DNA of 63,860 nucleotides, filler included, from Lenisia limosa (GCA_001655205.1; 16 parts of 16 records of this genome joined end to end with filler, not necessarily neighbours in it); one strand, 5' to 3'; positions 49,066-60,604 are shown, numbered from the whole stretch's first letter. Notes: generated by a model from the letters alone, not told the origin. Numbers and translations are program-made.

Positions 49066-51957
49066 CAACGCCAACACCTACACAGACTTGGGGGTCTTGT
49101 GAAAACGTTGCAATTCCCGTATTTTATACGGGAATCCCAAGTATTGTAATAATTCGCCAACGCCTACCGAAGACGATTCCCTCGGGAAAGAGAATGGTGG
49201 CGGAAATCGGCACTTCAATTGTCTCATTAGTCAGCACTTTTAACGAGTGAAGCTCCCATATCTGGGGGGGGGGTGAAATTGGATGACCGATGACAAAAAA
49301 AAAGCCCAAAATTAACTCCGTTAGCTGAGAACACACGAGTGTGAAGAATAACAAAACAAAGCACCCAGCATATAAAACTGGATTATTATTGCAATGAGAA
49401 ATAAAAAAAAAAAGAAGTTTGTATCTGGCTGGTTTATTATATACATAAAAACCAAAAGACCGTCATCTGCCCAATTAACAGAAAGGGAAGCAATATTAAG
49501 TTCAGTAATATAATACACTGAGTTTACAATAAAGTAGACCTTCACTTTCATTTCCAATTTGTTCACCCAACAATTGGTAAATGCTTCGCGGCATTACTTA
49601 TGATTGTCTTGATCAAATTAGCTTCAGAGGCCAACAAAAGTAATAATGTTGTGGTTCAAACTCAAGAGGGACATGGTAAATGTTTTCCCCCAGGGAACTC
49701 AAGCGCGTACCAAAGGCTTCAGTTTGTCTGACGATGACTAGATTTATACTGAAGCAAGATTAGGGGAAGTGAAACAAAATTGTTTTCTCGTTAATTTGAT
49801 CTCTATCTGGAGGTGATTGCATCATTACCTCAATCCTCTCGCTTTTCATTACAGACATTATATCAATTGAGCCTTCCAGTCTTCCAGAGAGGTTCTTTAA
49901 CGAGGTATAATATTATTATTATGCGTTTTTCCTAGTCTTCTAGATGCTTATGCTATTCTTCGGGGCAAAGGAGAAGAAGACCCTCCGCAGCTGAAAGGGC
50001 GAAAACCCCTGAATATGTTTGTTCTTGGACAACGAAATATGAGAATGTGTTGCAAACTTCCCAAAAAGAAAAAAATAACATATTTTATTATTATTTCAAT
50101 CATGTAAACTGACATCTTGGTAGCCATATTCATTCAAAATCCATGTAGTTCATTGTGCTCTCTATTTCAATCTACTACGACGACATCTCGGTGTCTACTG
50201 AAGTCAGATGTCTCTGTCTTTAGTTGATGCTATTCTGGACAATCTGAAAAGGTTGGACGAAACTGACTTTCCCCCAGAGGAAGATTGTAAATGTGTTTTT
50301 TGTTCCAAATCATACAAGATATACAAGGGACACTTATGACGTCAAGACCAGCGAGGACTTTCTTATAAACAACGGTTAGATCGGGTTAAACCCGCCAGAA
50401 AACGGGTTTTTTCAAAGGCAAAATCATTCAAATCCAGGCGTTAGACAATATTTTACTTTGACCAATTTGCTGCAACATTTCATTTTGAAACAATAGTACC
50501 TTTAAGGTATCATCATAATCCAGCCGCTTTGGCATCTCCATGTAATTACAGGTTTAAATCTACAGATATTGTTGAAAGTTTCTTTTCCTACTTAAAAACA
50601 ATTGCTGGAACACCAACTCTTCATGAATTTTTAAAATACCTTCCCAGTATATTAAGAACTTTCTATCCCCATGTTGGCAAACTCAGCACGCGGGGAATAG
50701 GTTACCAAAGGAGTCTCTTCAGATGAAATAGATTTTGATATTTTCTACTTTATCATGTTAAAGTGGGTAGGTTTTTTCAAAACCATACCTTGATTATTGT
50801 CTTTTATGTGCCCAAGTAGGTGCTATACACTCGCGTCTAATTATTTGATTTTTGTGTGGAGGTTTTATATTGGTCCTCAGCCCAAAAATTGTGACATTTA
50901 AACATATTACTTGTATCGTTGATGATTATTTTTAGAGTATCATTGGAAGGTTCCAAAGCAGCTAGCGGGACCACTCCCACCGTTGTGATCACTGATCTCG
51001 ACTCATCACCGACCGTAGCTCTCGCGAAAGTTTGATTATTTCGCTTTATGAATTCACTTCAGGTTGTCTATGGAGATGCTACCAATCACGCCATAGTGAA
51101 GCGGGTTAGGAGACCATCACCTTAGTCATCCGTTTTAGATCAAGGACTCTTGGCCTGCAACCCTGGAGAGGTAGCACAGAACAGCGGTGAAGATTGATCT
51201 TGACCACCCTTGGGGCGGCCTGTTTCTAACTTTCCTGTGAAATTGTTTTTTTATATTATTTGGTACACGATCATAATATGTTGACAGAAATAATAATAAA
51301 AGAAGCAGTGGGGGGGGGGGGNNNNNNNNNNNNNNNNNNNNNNNNNNNNNNNNNNNNNNNNNNNNNNNNNNNNNNNNNNNNNNNNNNNNNNNNNNNNNNN
51401 NNNNNNNNNNNNNNNNNNNNNNNNNNNNNNNNNNNNNNNNNNNATAAAAAAAGGTTGGACCTGACCAAAGCCGTTCACACATTCACACTGGTAAAATAAT
51501 AAAGCTCCATCAGAAACTAATATCCCCGAAACCTTGAGTTTTTGGTCAGGAACGGTGCCGACAGAGTACAGGAGTTTCTTGGAGTGGTCAACCTGATAGA
51601 CGTAAGATTGTTCTTGGAGTGGTCAATCTCATAGACGTTAGATTGTTCTTCCAATGGTATTATTTTGAGTAACTTAGGGGTGGGGGTACAGGGCTTCCTT
51701 GTGGTACCAAAAAAGACTAAATTTCCCAATAAATATCGATAAATCCTCGATAAATACTCAATATTATAGGTCTTTTTCGGCTGTGGGGAAGCCTGCCCTA
51801 TCAGATTTGAACTTTAACTCCACAAAAATAGACCATTTTATTAACCCAAGCCCACAAAAATCGACCGAATTGAGGAGGCGTGAGCCTGCAGCCGCTTGAG
51901 AACACAGAGGGAATCGGGTTTGAGGAAGAGAATTTGACCTTGTCTGGTGCCGGCAAT
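49066..51957 (-). CDS. WD40-repeat protein, multi-exon (partial)
   Basis: IAGTRQGQILFLKPDSLCVLKRLQAHASSIRSIF|VDHSKKLLYSVGTVPDQKLK|IWELHSLKVL reads as a WD repeat across three exons. Confidence 0.7.
49560..51115 (+). CDS. Nested antisense multi-exon gene or pseudogene with short introns, product unknown
   Basis: Exon-like segments with plus-strand GT-AG ends: DAYAILRGKGEEDPPQLKGRKPLN, VDAILDNLKRLDETDFPPEED, YTRDTYDVKTSEDFLINN and FKSTDIVESFFSYLKTIAGTPTLHEFLKYLP. Confidence 0.4.
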
Positions 51958-52986
51958 CTAAGGGTTAAGAGGGGAGGGGGGTTAAGAGCGGAAAGAGGGT
52001 AATTTGATTTTAAGGTGCCGTTCTGTATGTATTTATATTTGAATCACAAGATATTGTAATATTGCAAATGATATTATGTTTAACAAGGGGGTAAGGGGGG
52101 GGGGGGGTTCNNNNNNNNNNNNNNNNNNNNNNNNNNNNNNNNNNNNNNNNNNNNNNNNNNNNNNNNNNNNNNNNNNNNNNNNNNNNNNNNNNNNNNNNNN
52201 NNNNNNNNNNNNNNNNNACATAAACATAAAAAAGCAAAAAAGGTACATTATCACCCCTCCCTTGGAAAAGCCCCTTACCAATGCATCTTTCGCGAAAATT
52301 CTAAAACAGTTAGAGAAATGAAGCCTTGTTCAGATAATTTAACAGGATACAGTAGAGTGCTCCATTTCGATTTTAATAGACAAAAAAAACAGCACCACTC
52401 TATCTTTTGACAATTTATTTATATACCAAAAGAAAACCCAGACTCTGATTAGCAGCCGCAAACTTTTCTGGCGCGAGCGCAATGCCTTNNNNNNNNNNNN
52501 NNNNNNNNNNNNNNNNNNNNNNNNNNNNNNNNNNNNNNNNNNNNNNNNNNNNNNNNNNNNNNNNNNNNNNNNNNNNNNNNNNNNNNNNNNNNNNNNNNNN
52601 NNNNNNNNNNNNNNNNNNNNNNNNNNNNNNNNNNNNNNNNNNNNNNNNNNNNNNNNNNNNNNNNNNNNNNNNNNNNNNNNNNNGGGGGTCAATGCTGGAA
52701 TATTTGTAATGCGGGGGAGAGGTGTCCAAAATTGCGGACCATTATCCCTCCCCTCACACATACACACAAACAGCATTATATTAAACCATTAACAAGTGTA
52801 ACCTTCCACACACATAAATNNNNNNNNNNNNNNNNNNNNNNNNNNNNNNNNNNNNNNNNNNNNTTAATTAATTAANNNNNNNNNNNNNNNNNNNNNNNNN
52901 NNNNNNNNNNNNNNNNNNNTGCAGATAACAATTGTATCGAAATACAATTTTGAAGAGGCTTTTAATTCCTCTAATCACCCGTAGCT

Positions 52987-53387
52987 GGCGGAAAAGGGCG
53001 ACAAGATCATGGAAATCGAAATGCCGGAGTTAGACCGGACCGGGCTCCACGGCGAGAAGCGCACCCTCAGAATCCCACACAGGTAGTGTGGATAGATAAG
53101 TATTGTTTTGAGAGATATATATGTTTTGTAAACTACTAGTAATATTAGCCTTCCAGTGGGGATAGTCAATCCCTGACCTTGTAGCGCATCAGCAGTGGAG
53201 GTGGCGGAGGTTATGGCTCTCCACGGCTCCGAACTGGAGAAGGCCTATCTCGGAAGCATTCTGGATGGAGGTATGTATCTGGGACTTTTCCCCGAGCAAC
53301 TTACCATATTAGGAAGCCACCAAGCTCAGCCTCTTACAGAACTCTTTACTTCAGGACATGGTCGTTTTGCTGTAATTGACTTCAGCG
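52987..53387 (+). CDS. Hypothetical protein, three internal exons
   Basis: LAEKGDKIMEIEMPELDRTGLHGEKRTLRIPHS|ASAVEVAEVMALHGSELEKAYLGSILDG|GSHQAQPLTELF join in consistent phases. Confidence 0.55.
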
Positions 53388-54179
53388 CTGGTTTGTGGGT
53401 TTTAATACAGCCAATCCATGAAATTACCTATAGTCAGTGCAAAAAAAGGGGCCCAGTGCATAAAAAGGGGCCCAAGTGAATATAAAGGGGCCCAATTTTT
53501 GAAAATTGTATTTTCTAAAATACGTATCATCTAGTTCCTCTTATTATCTATTTGTTAAGCTTAGAGGCGATAAATGATAAGTGAAAAATGTATTTAAAAA
53601 ACGTAACAAGGGAAAAAATGCAATCAAAAAGCTATTTTCGAGAGCGACGGCCTAAAATAGTTAAATCTAGTATACATAAAAGAGATAAATTTTTCATCAA
53701 TATGAGAAACCTTTTTTGTTGGATTGTTTAGCTGGGGTTTCCGTTTTGCGAGCTAAGTAGAGTAAGTAAAACCCGAATAAGTAGCTCTTACCAAGAATCT
53801 TGGCATTCTCTTTTTCTGTCTTTTTTACAGCTCTCTGAGCTAAATAATCAATTGATGTAATGAAAATCCTGACACTCATCCTCAAAATTTGATTTTTTTA
53901 TCGCTTTTAAGTGAAATCCTACCAATAGTATTGACGCGCTGCTCCTCCTTTTTCTTTTGTATTTCTTCTTTCCGAGCTAAAAAAGCAGTTACATTAAAAA
54001 TTGGCACAATAGTAAATTCCAGCAATGTATACCCCAGATACATACCTTGTCTCTTCAGACGCTCTTCTTCCTTCTTCTTAGCGGTNNNNNNNNNNTAATA
54101 CTTAGTGGTGTTATCCAGTTGAATTCGATACCCTTGTAATACTCTTCAATGAATATCCTCAAAACCCTTTGAAAAATGG

Positions 54180-55620
54180 TCACACAACAACTAGAGAATG
54201 TGGTCCTGTATACCCTTGTATTTTTGTATACCCCAGATACATACCTTGTCTCTTCAGACGCTCTTCTTCCTTCTTCTTAGCGGTGAGCTCAGCTTTGATC
54301 TCTTCAATCATCCGCTTCCTTCGGTCTTCAGGCGTAATTANNNNNNNNNNAGGAATCATAAAAAGCAACCTCAGCTTCTGTCAACTCATCTCTCACCAAA
54401 GCTATTGCTTCCCATCCTTGCCGGGAAATAGCAGGATCTTGAGATTTGGCAACTTTGAGGTGCTGAATGATGATGGGAGTGTTTATCACACAGGAGTATA
54501 GTGCAGAACGGGGTGGAGGGCAAAGAGGTACGGAAAATGCGCCTTCGGGATTGGGTAAGTGGGCAGCAAGGCGAGAGGGGTCAATCGTCACTTCATTTTT
54601 ACCGCGACTTATTACAATTCCAGCAGCAGAGAACGCGTTGTCTACATGATCAGGATGAGTTNNNNNNNNNNAGAATCATAAAAAGCAACCTCAGCTTCTG
54701 TCAACTCATCTCTCACCAAAGCTTGCCGGGAAATAGCAGGATCTTGAGATTTGGCAACTTTCAGGTGCTGAATGATGATGGGAGTGTTTATCACACAGGA
54801 GCAAAGTGCAGAACGGGGTGGAGGGCAAAGAGGTACGGAAAATGTGCCTTTGGGATTGGGAAAGTGGGCAGCAAGGCGAGAGGGGTCGATAGTCACTTCA
54901 TTTTTGCCGCGACTTATTACAATTCCAGCAGCAGAGAACGCGTTGTCTACATGATCAGGATGAGTTGCAATATAAAACGCTTTTAAGCATGCTTTCAAGG
55001 CGCAACAGCGATTGTGGGCAGTTTTTTTGACTCCTTCAGGGATTGGTGATGATAGTAATTGAGTAAGTTCGCTTCTCATTGACCTCTNNNNNNNNNNNNN
55101 NNNNNNNNNNNNNNNNNNNNNNNNNNNNNNNNNNNNNNNNNNNNNNNNNNNNNNNNNNNNNNNNNNNNNNNNNNNNNNNNNNNNNGATGAGTGCGGCAGC
55201 GGTATCCGGTGGCAAGTTGAGTTGACGGCGCTTGGCCTCTACTGCAGGGACGAAGTAGTCATGTATCCAGGTACAGAATGATTCACCCGTCTGAATTATG
55301 AAAAACCGACCAAGTAGATATTCTCTATTTATCACCACAAACTTGCCAGCCATTTGGAGATTCAATAACCTTCGCTGAGTTAGTCTCAAGAATTGTTCGC
55401 TCTGTCGAAACGGTCTTATGGCCAAGCAAAAAGACAGGAGGGACCCTCGCATCATCGATAACAGTAGTGTGAGAGCTAGAATAGTAAAAAAAATTGTGAT
55501 AACTTTACCCCAAGTAACGCTTACCCAATTGTGCCAATCAAAGTGANNNNNNNNNNGATTCCAGAGTCCTTGAACTTGCGAATTTGTTTGCGACTGACCT
55601 GTCCAGTAAAGATTGTACTA
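54180..55620 (-). mobile_element. Second intron-containing DDE_1 (pogo-like) transposase, fragmented by gaps
   Basis: TLIGTIG|...PPVFLLG...SPNGWQ|TGESFCTWIHDYFVPAVEAKRRQLNLPPDTAAALI matches the DDE_1 pattern (N.SGW.T.E.F..W...F......ALLI). ATHPDHVDNAFSAAGI and a charged tail follow. GT-AG introns at ~55301-55352 and ~55480-55520. Confidence 0.8.
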
Positions 55621-56108
55621 ATTGGGGTTTATATACGTATATATGTTATAGAAATGAGAAAATATACAATGTATCATAGCATGTTGAAAAGTACATAAGT
55701 GGCCGAGTTTGGCCTTGACCGCGTATTTAGCCTTGACCGCGTATTTGGCCTTGACCAGCCACTTGATTCAAAAAGTATTTTAAGACTTTTTGTTGGTACT
55801 TGTCATGATTAAAAATCACTGACTTTCAAAAAAACTCACTATATTCAACATAAAAGAACAAAAATTAGACACAAACTAATTGCCACGTCTGCGCCCNNNN
55901 NNNNNNNNNNNNNNNNNNNNNNNNNNNNNNNNNNNNNNNNTTAATTAATTAANNNNNNNNNNNNNNNNNNNNNNNNNNNNNNNNNNNNNNNNNNNNTCAC
56001 CATCATATTATCATCACCATCATATTATCATCACCATCATATTATCATCACCATCAACACCATCATATTATCATCACCATCACCATCAACACCACCATCA
56101 CCCCCCAG

Positions 56109-57005
56109 TCAAGGACTTCACTCGGGCCATCAGCGTCATGCCCGAAGTTGACATTCCGGCTGTTTTCGGCCTACCTAAGAACGTCGATCGCGCCAGACAG
56201 GAGCAGAGCAGCGCTCTTGTTGCAAGCCAGCTCAAAATGTTTTCCGTCATCTCAACTGGTGGGATATTGGCGACAATGTGGATTGTGATTTTATAATATA
56301 TACTATATGTATATATAGCTATATGTATTATACAGTATATATCATATTATTTATAATATATATAATATTTTTGCTGTTTGATTTTTTTTTTTTTGAAAGA
56401 TTCCATGGAGATTATTATATTAATGCTTTTTGAGCAGTCGATTAGAGTTTCATAAAGACGTTTTTTACGACAGAATAAGACCTAATATTTCACAGCACGC
56501 AATGGGCTTTTATACTCTATTTTCCCAAACAATACCATTCGAAAGGAGTTTCACTGACATTTCACCATCATCCTCTTAACCTAGGAATTTCACTGACATT
56601 AAAGGTTCCGGTCCGGATCGTTCAGTTACAACCACTAAATTGGCACCGGTTTCACAGGTATGTACATGTATGTATATGTATTATTATCTCATACTTAGTT
56701 TGGGCTTCACTTCGGTTCGAAAAATACCGGTAAAACATCGATAGTTTTCGAGGATTTTTCGAGAAATTCAGTCTCTTTTCGAACCAAAGTGAAGTCGTAA
56801 TCATACTATAAATATAGTAATAATTATTATTATTATCATACTATAAATATAGTAATAATTATTATTATTATTATAATGTTTGTTTTTAGATACTACATGA
56901 TATTAATTGTTCACTCCGCTCAGCTGTGGGCATCCCTCACAAAATCATCTCGAAATGCCTTGAACGCTCCAATTGACGAAACCCTTCCTAACGGGCTCTC
57001 ACCAG
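56109..57005 (+). CDS. DYNC2H1: Cytoplasmic dynein-2 heavy chain, C-terminal region fragment
   Basis: RAISVMPEVDIPAVFGLPKNVDRARQEQSSALVASQLK ... DRS....LAPVSQLWASL resembles the DYNC2H1 C-terminal domain (D.P..FGLP.NI.R..Q...S.V..QL; DR.......L.P...LW). Confidence 0.78.
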
Positions 57006-57246
57006 GTACGTTGGGGACCGCAGATGGATATTATATCTAGGCTTCACTTCGGTTCGAAAAAACGCTGCATTTCTCGATAAATCCTCGAAAACTATCGATT
57101 TTTTACCGGTCTTTTTCAACCCGAAGTGGAGCTCTAATTATATCATATAGCTATATTAGGGTTTCCCTACGGCCCCAAACAAGGCTGAAAATCTCGATAA
57201 ATCCTCGATAAATATCGATATTTGGCCGGTCTTTCTGGGACCGTGG
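56700..57246. mobile_element. Cluster of three MITE family A copies (56700-56799, 57038-57136, 57157-57246)
   Basis: Each has the tcgataaatcctcga/tatcgata core with TIRs; both orientations are present. Confidence 0.85.
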
Positions 57247-57379
57247 NNNNNNNNNNNNNNNNNNNNNNNNNNNNNNNNNNNNNNNNNNNNTTAATTAATT
57301 AANNNNNNNNNNNNNNNNNNNNNNNNNNNNNNNNNNNNNNNNNNNNACCCCAAAGTGAAACAAAAGCCGTCCTTCCCAC

Positions 57380-58873
57380 CCCGGAGTGGTACGATGCAAG
57401 AGCGAGCACTGAGTACACCTTCCGCACCGAAATGATGTCATCATAATCCTTCAGTCTAAATGCCTGGGGGGGGGGGGTAAGGCGAATGATTTATGCTGTT
57501 TGTTTTTTTATCGTGCAATACGATCCGAAATATCAATAAGTAATCAAAAATATCAATAAGTAATCAAAAATATCAATAAGAAATCAAAAATCCCTAACCA
57601 CCCACGGTCTTAAGTGCAAGGTCGTATTTCTTCTCAGCCAACTGCCTCTCAGCCAGGATGAGGAAGTGGAAGGCTTCAACACCCCTCCATGACTGGTCCA
57701 AGTGCCTGGGGGTGAGGGGGGCTGAAATTGGTTTTGAAGTGGAAGAAAACACACGAGGGTTGAGAACAAAACAAACAATCAATATCTATCTACTTTTGAG
57801 ATTTGGGTACCCAAAATAAAAACATTTTGACTAGATACCCCCCCCGTACATTTTGACTAGGTTTGTGTCAACAGTGATAGTGCTGTGCGTGTCATCCATC
57901 AATTTGTCAAGGTTTCCGCTGTGCTTTCCTCTGTGTCTGTCCATGCAAAGGGCCGAAATAAGGTAGGCTGGGGGGGGGGGGNNNNNNNNNNNNNNNNNNN
58001 NNNNNNNNNNNNNNNNNNNNNNNNNNNNNNNNNNNNNNNNNNNNNNNNNNNNNNNNNNNNNNNNNNNNNNAAAACACGAAAAACAATAAAAAGAATCTGA
58101 AATAAGGGGGTGGCCACATCAAGATTATTGTCCTATTTGTCTCTTCATCTCTTCAAGTCCCCCACCTTTTTTGCAGAATAAGCTTGGCTCTCCATTGGCG
58201 TTGGACTGGTCCGCTAGAGTGAAAAGCAGTACGGCTGCATCTCCATGGCGCCCGGCCTGGGGGGGGGGGGGNNNNNNNNNNNNNNNNNNNNNNNNNNNNN
58301 NNNNNNNNNNNNNNNNNNNNNNNNNNNNNNNNNNNNNNNNNNNNNNNNNNNNNNNNNNNNNNNNNNNNNNNNNNNNNNNNNNNNNNNNNNNNNNNNNNNN
58401 NNNNNNNNNNNNNNNNNNNNNNTTCGTATGTCTCCCCCCACTTTTTTGTAGAGCTCAATGGCGTCAACAGTTCTGTTTCTCTCCAACAGGTGGCCAGCAT
58501 ATTTGGCAAGGAGGCTCTGCGGGGGAAAGAAAAATGAGGATTGGGGGGTGAAATTAATGATAGTATTGGGAGGCAGAAAGGAGTAACATATTAACATTAT
58601 GATACCTTCGATCTGTCTGTTTATTTCGATTTAACTAGGGCGCCATGCAATAAATTTTGACAAATTAGAAATTAAAGTGTCTGAAATGGGGTTCTGGTTC
58701 CGCTTACAATTTTGCAAATATTTATCAATTCATTGCATAACCCAAAGTATCACCATATTCACCCCACCCCCCACCTCCACCTGGTCCCTATTAAGTCCCT
58801 CAGCGAGCTGGACGGCTTGTTCCCATCTCGAGTGCGACACACAGGTTTCCACTGCGGCCTCGATGTTGTTCGC
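57380..58873 (-). CDS. WDR35: WD repeat-containing protein 35 / IFT121, C-terminal region
   Basis: [67 protein letters not shown] and [15 protein letters not shown]...VYSVLAL are collinear with WDR35 (AWRGAEAYHFFILAQRQL, ALHLRDYEDII). Confidence 0.92.
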
Positions 58874-59454
58874 CTATGGGGAGGGGGGTAATGGGAGTGA
58901 CATAAAAACATGGAGAGGGGAGGTAAAAGTGGAAAATTTATGAAACAAAAAAGCCCAAAATCAACTCTGTTGGCTGACAACACACGAGGGTTGATAACAA
59001 CAAAACNNNNNNNNNNNNNNNNNNNNNNNNNNNNNNNNNNNNNNNNNNNNTTAATTAATTAANNNNNNNNNNNNNNNNNNNNNNNNNNNNNNNNNNNNNN
59101 NNNNNNTCTCTATTTGTTCTCGGAAGTAAGTTGTATCTTATTTTAAGACAGTGATAAGTCCTGATACGATTAACAAAAGAGAAAGCTCACTCATCGTGTC
59201 ATGACTTATCGCGGTCTGTGTAAATAGTCTTCTATATTATCATGAAGATTGATCATTATTTGTTGCAATTCTCCAAAGATACTATCAAATAACCTAAAGT
59301 GTCGATGGAAATGATGTTCTCTAGTTCGATATGATATAAAAATATACATGTATAAATCATATTGCAAATTGGTCTGCCGGTCTGTGTATTCACACGACTC
59401 TCTTTAGTTCTACATTATCATATGATATTTTTTAAAAATAACAGTTCTAAACCT

Positions 59455-59550
59455 ACAATACGAAAATCTAATCCTACGAAAATCTCATCCTACGGAAATC
59501 TAAACCTACGAAAGTCTAATCCTACGAAAATCTAATCCAACGGAAATATT
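59455..59550. repeat. 16-bp minisatellite (cctacgaaaatctaat), about 6 copies
   Basis: Direct tandem copies. Confidence 0.85.
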
Positions 59551-59587
59551 ATCCTGCTGATAAAAACATGACCCTCTCTAGTTCTCA

Positions 59588-60229
59588 GAAGTAACTCGGG
59601 CCGGAGTGTCCGTTATGACGAGTATTGAGGAGGCAGCCGAGCTCTTCGAATTCACTGATGTCCATAACCGGGCTCATCTTAATAGTGGTTTGTGGGTTAT
59701 CACAGAGCGCATCTCAATAGCGGTTTGTGGGTTATAACCGGGCTCATCTTAATAGTGGTTAGTGGGTTTGTGGGTTATACTAGGGCTTCACTTCGGTTCA
59801 AAAATTACCGGCAAAGTATCGATAGATTTATCAAGAAATTCAGTCTTTTTTTGAACAGAAGTGAAGCCCAAGTCATAACATTGTTGAGAACGGCAGTATT
59901 GTAGTCTCCGGTGTGCACGACATCGCGCAGTACAATACAAAGAGAATAAGACTCTTGTTGATTATGGTGGTAACGGTGCTCATCTCAATAGTGGTTGGTT
60001 ACAACAGGGCATCTTAATAGTGGTTATGTTATAATAAGACTCTTATCGGTGGTTACGGCTCATCTCAATGGTGGATGGTTGCTAATGGCTTCACCCTATT
60101 GTTTCTTTCCCATTTCTTCTTATCTTCCTACCTCTCTTCTAATCTGATATTCCCTCCAGATTTGAAAGAGGTTATGCCAGCTCTTATGGAAGTTATGGGC
60201 AACGTACAGAAGAGCATTCTCAACGACAG
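59588..60229 (+). CDS. Hypothetical protein, internal exons
   Basis: EVTRAGVSVMTSIEEAAELFEFTDV, HNIVENGSIVVSGVHDIAQYNTK and DLKEVMPALMEVMGNVQKSILND. Confidence 0.4.
59781..59870. mobile_element. MITE family A copy within a tandem-repeat region
   Basis: tagggcttcacttcggttc...gaacagaagtgaagccca. Flanked by gggctcatcttaatagtggtt repeats (59668-60070). Confidence 0.85.
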
Positions 60230-60244
60230 TATGCTGGGCTTTTT

Positions 60245-60362
60245 ATTGAGAATAGTGGTGGTGATGGTGGTAATGATGATGATGGTGGTGGTAGTAATGG
60301 TATTGATGGTGGTGGTGGTGGTGGTGGTGGTGGTGGTGATGGTGAGATGATGATGATGATGC

Positions 60363-60400
<38 letters not shown>
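60245..60400. repeat. (GGT/GAT)n trinucleotide microsatellite
   Basis: Direct reading. Similar tracts at 4225-4345, 12940-12995 and 55996-56100. Confidence 0.9.
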
Positions 60401-60604
60401 NNNNNNNNNNNNNNNNNNNNNNNNNNNNNNNNNNNNNNNNNNNNTTAATTAATTAANNNNNNNNNNNNNNNNNNNNNNNNNNNNNNNNNNNNNNNNNNNN
60501 TGTTGTTATCAACCCTTGTGTGTTATCAGCCAACAGAGTTGATTTGGGCTCTTTTGTTTCATAAATTGTCCAATTTTACCCCTCCCCCCTTCCACCTTTC
60601 TCAG

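Noticed and set aside
54027-54960. Tandem duplications within the second transposase (54027/54229 and 54351/54673)
   Set aside because: Each pair is separated by a 10-N gap, typical of unmerged overlapping alleles or paralogues; not evidence of real tandem structure.
60075-60350. Val/Met-rich ORF, and the many X-filled ORFs in the track
   Set aside because: Products of microsatellites or N gaps lacking stop codons.
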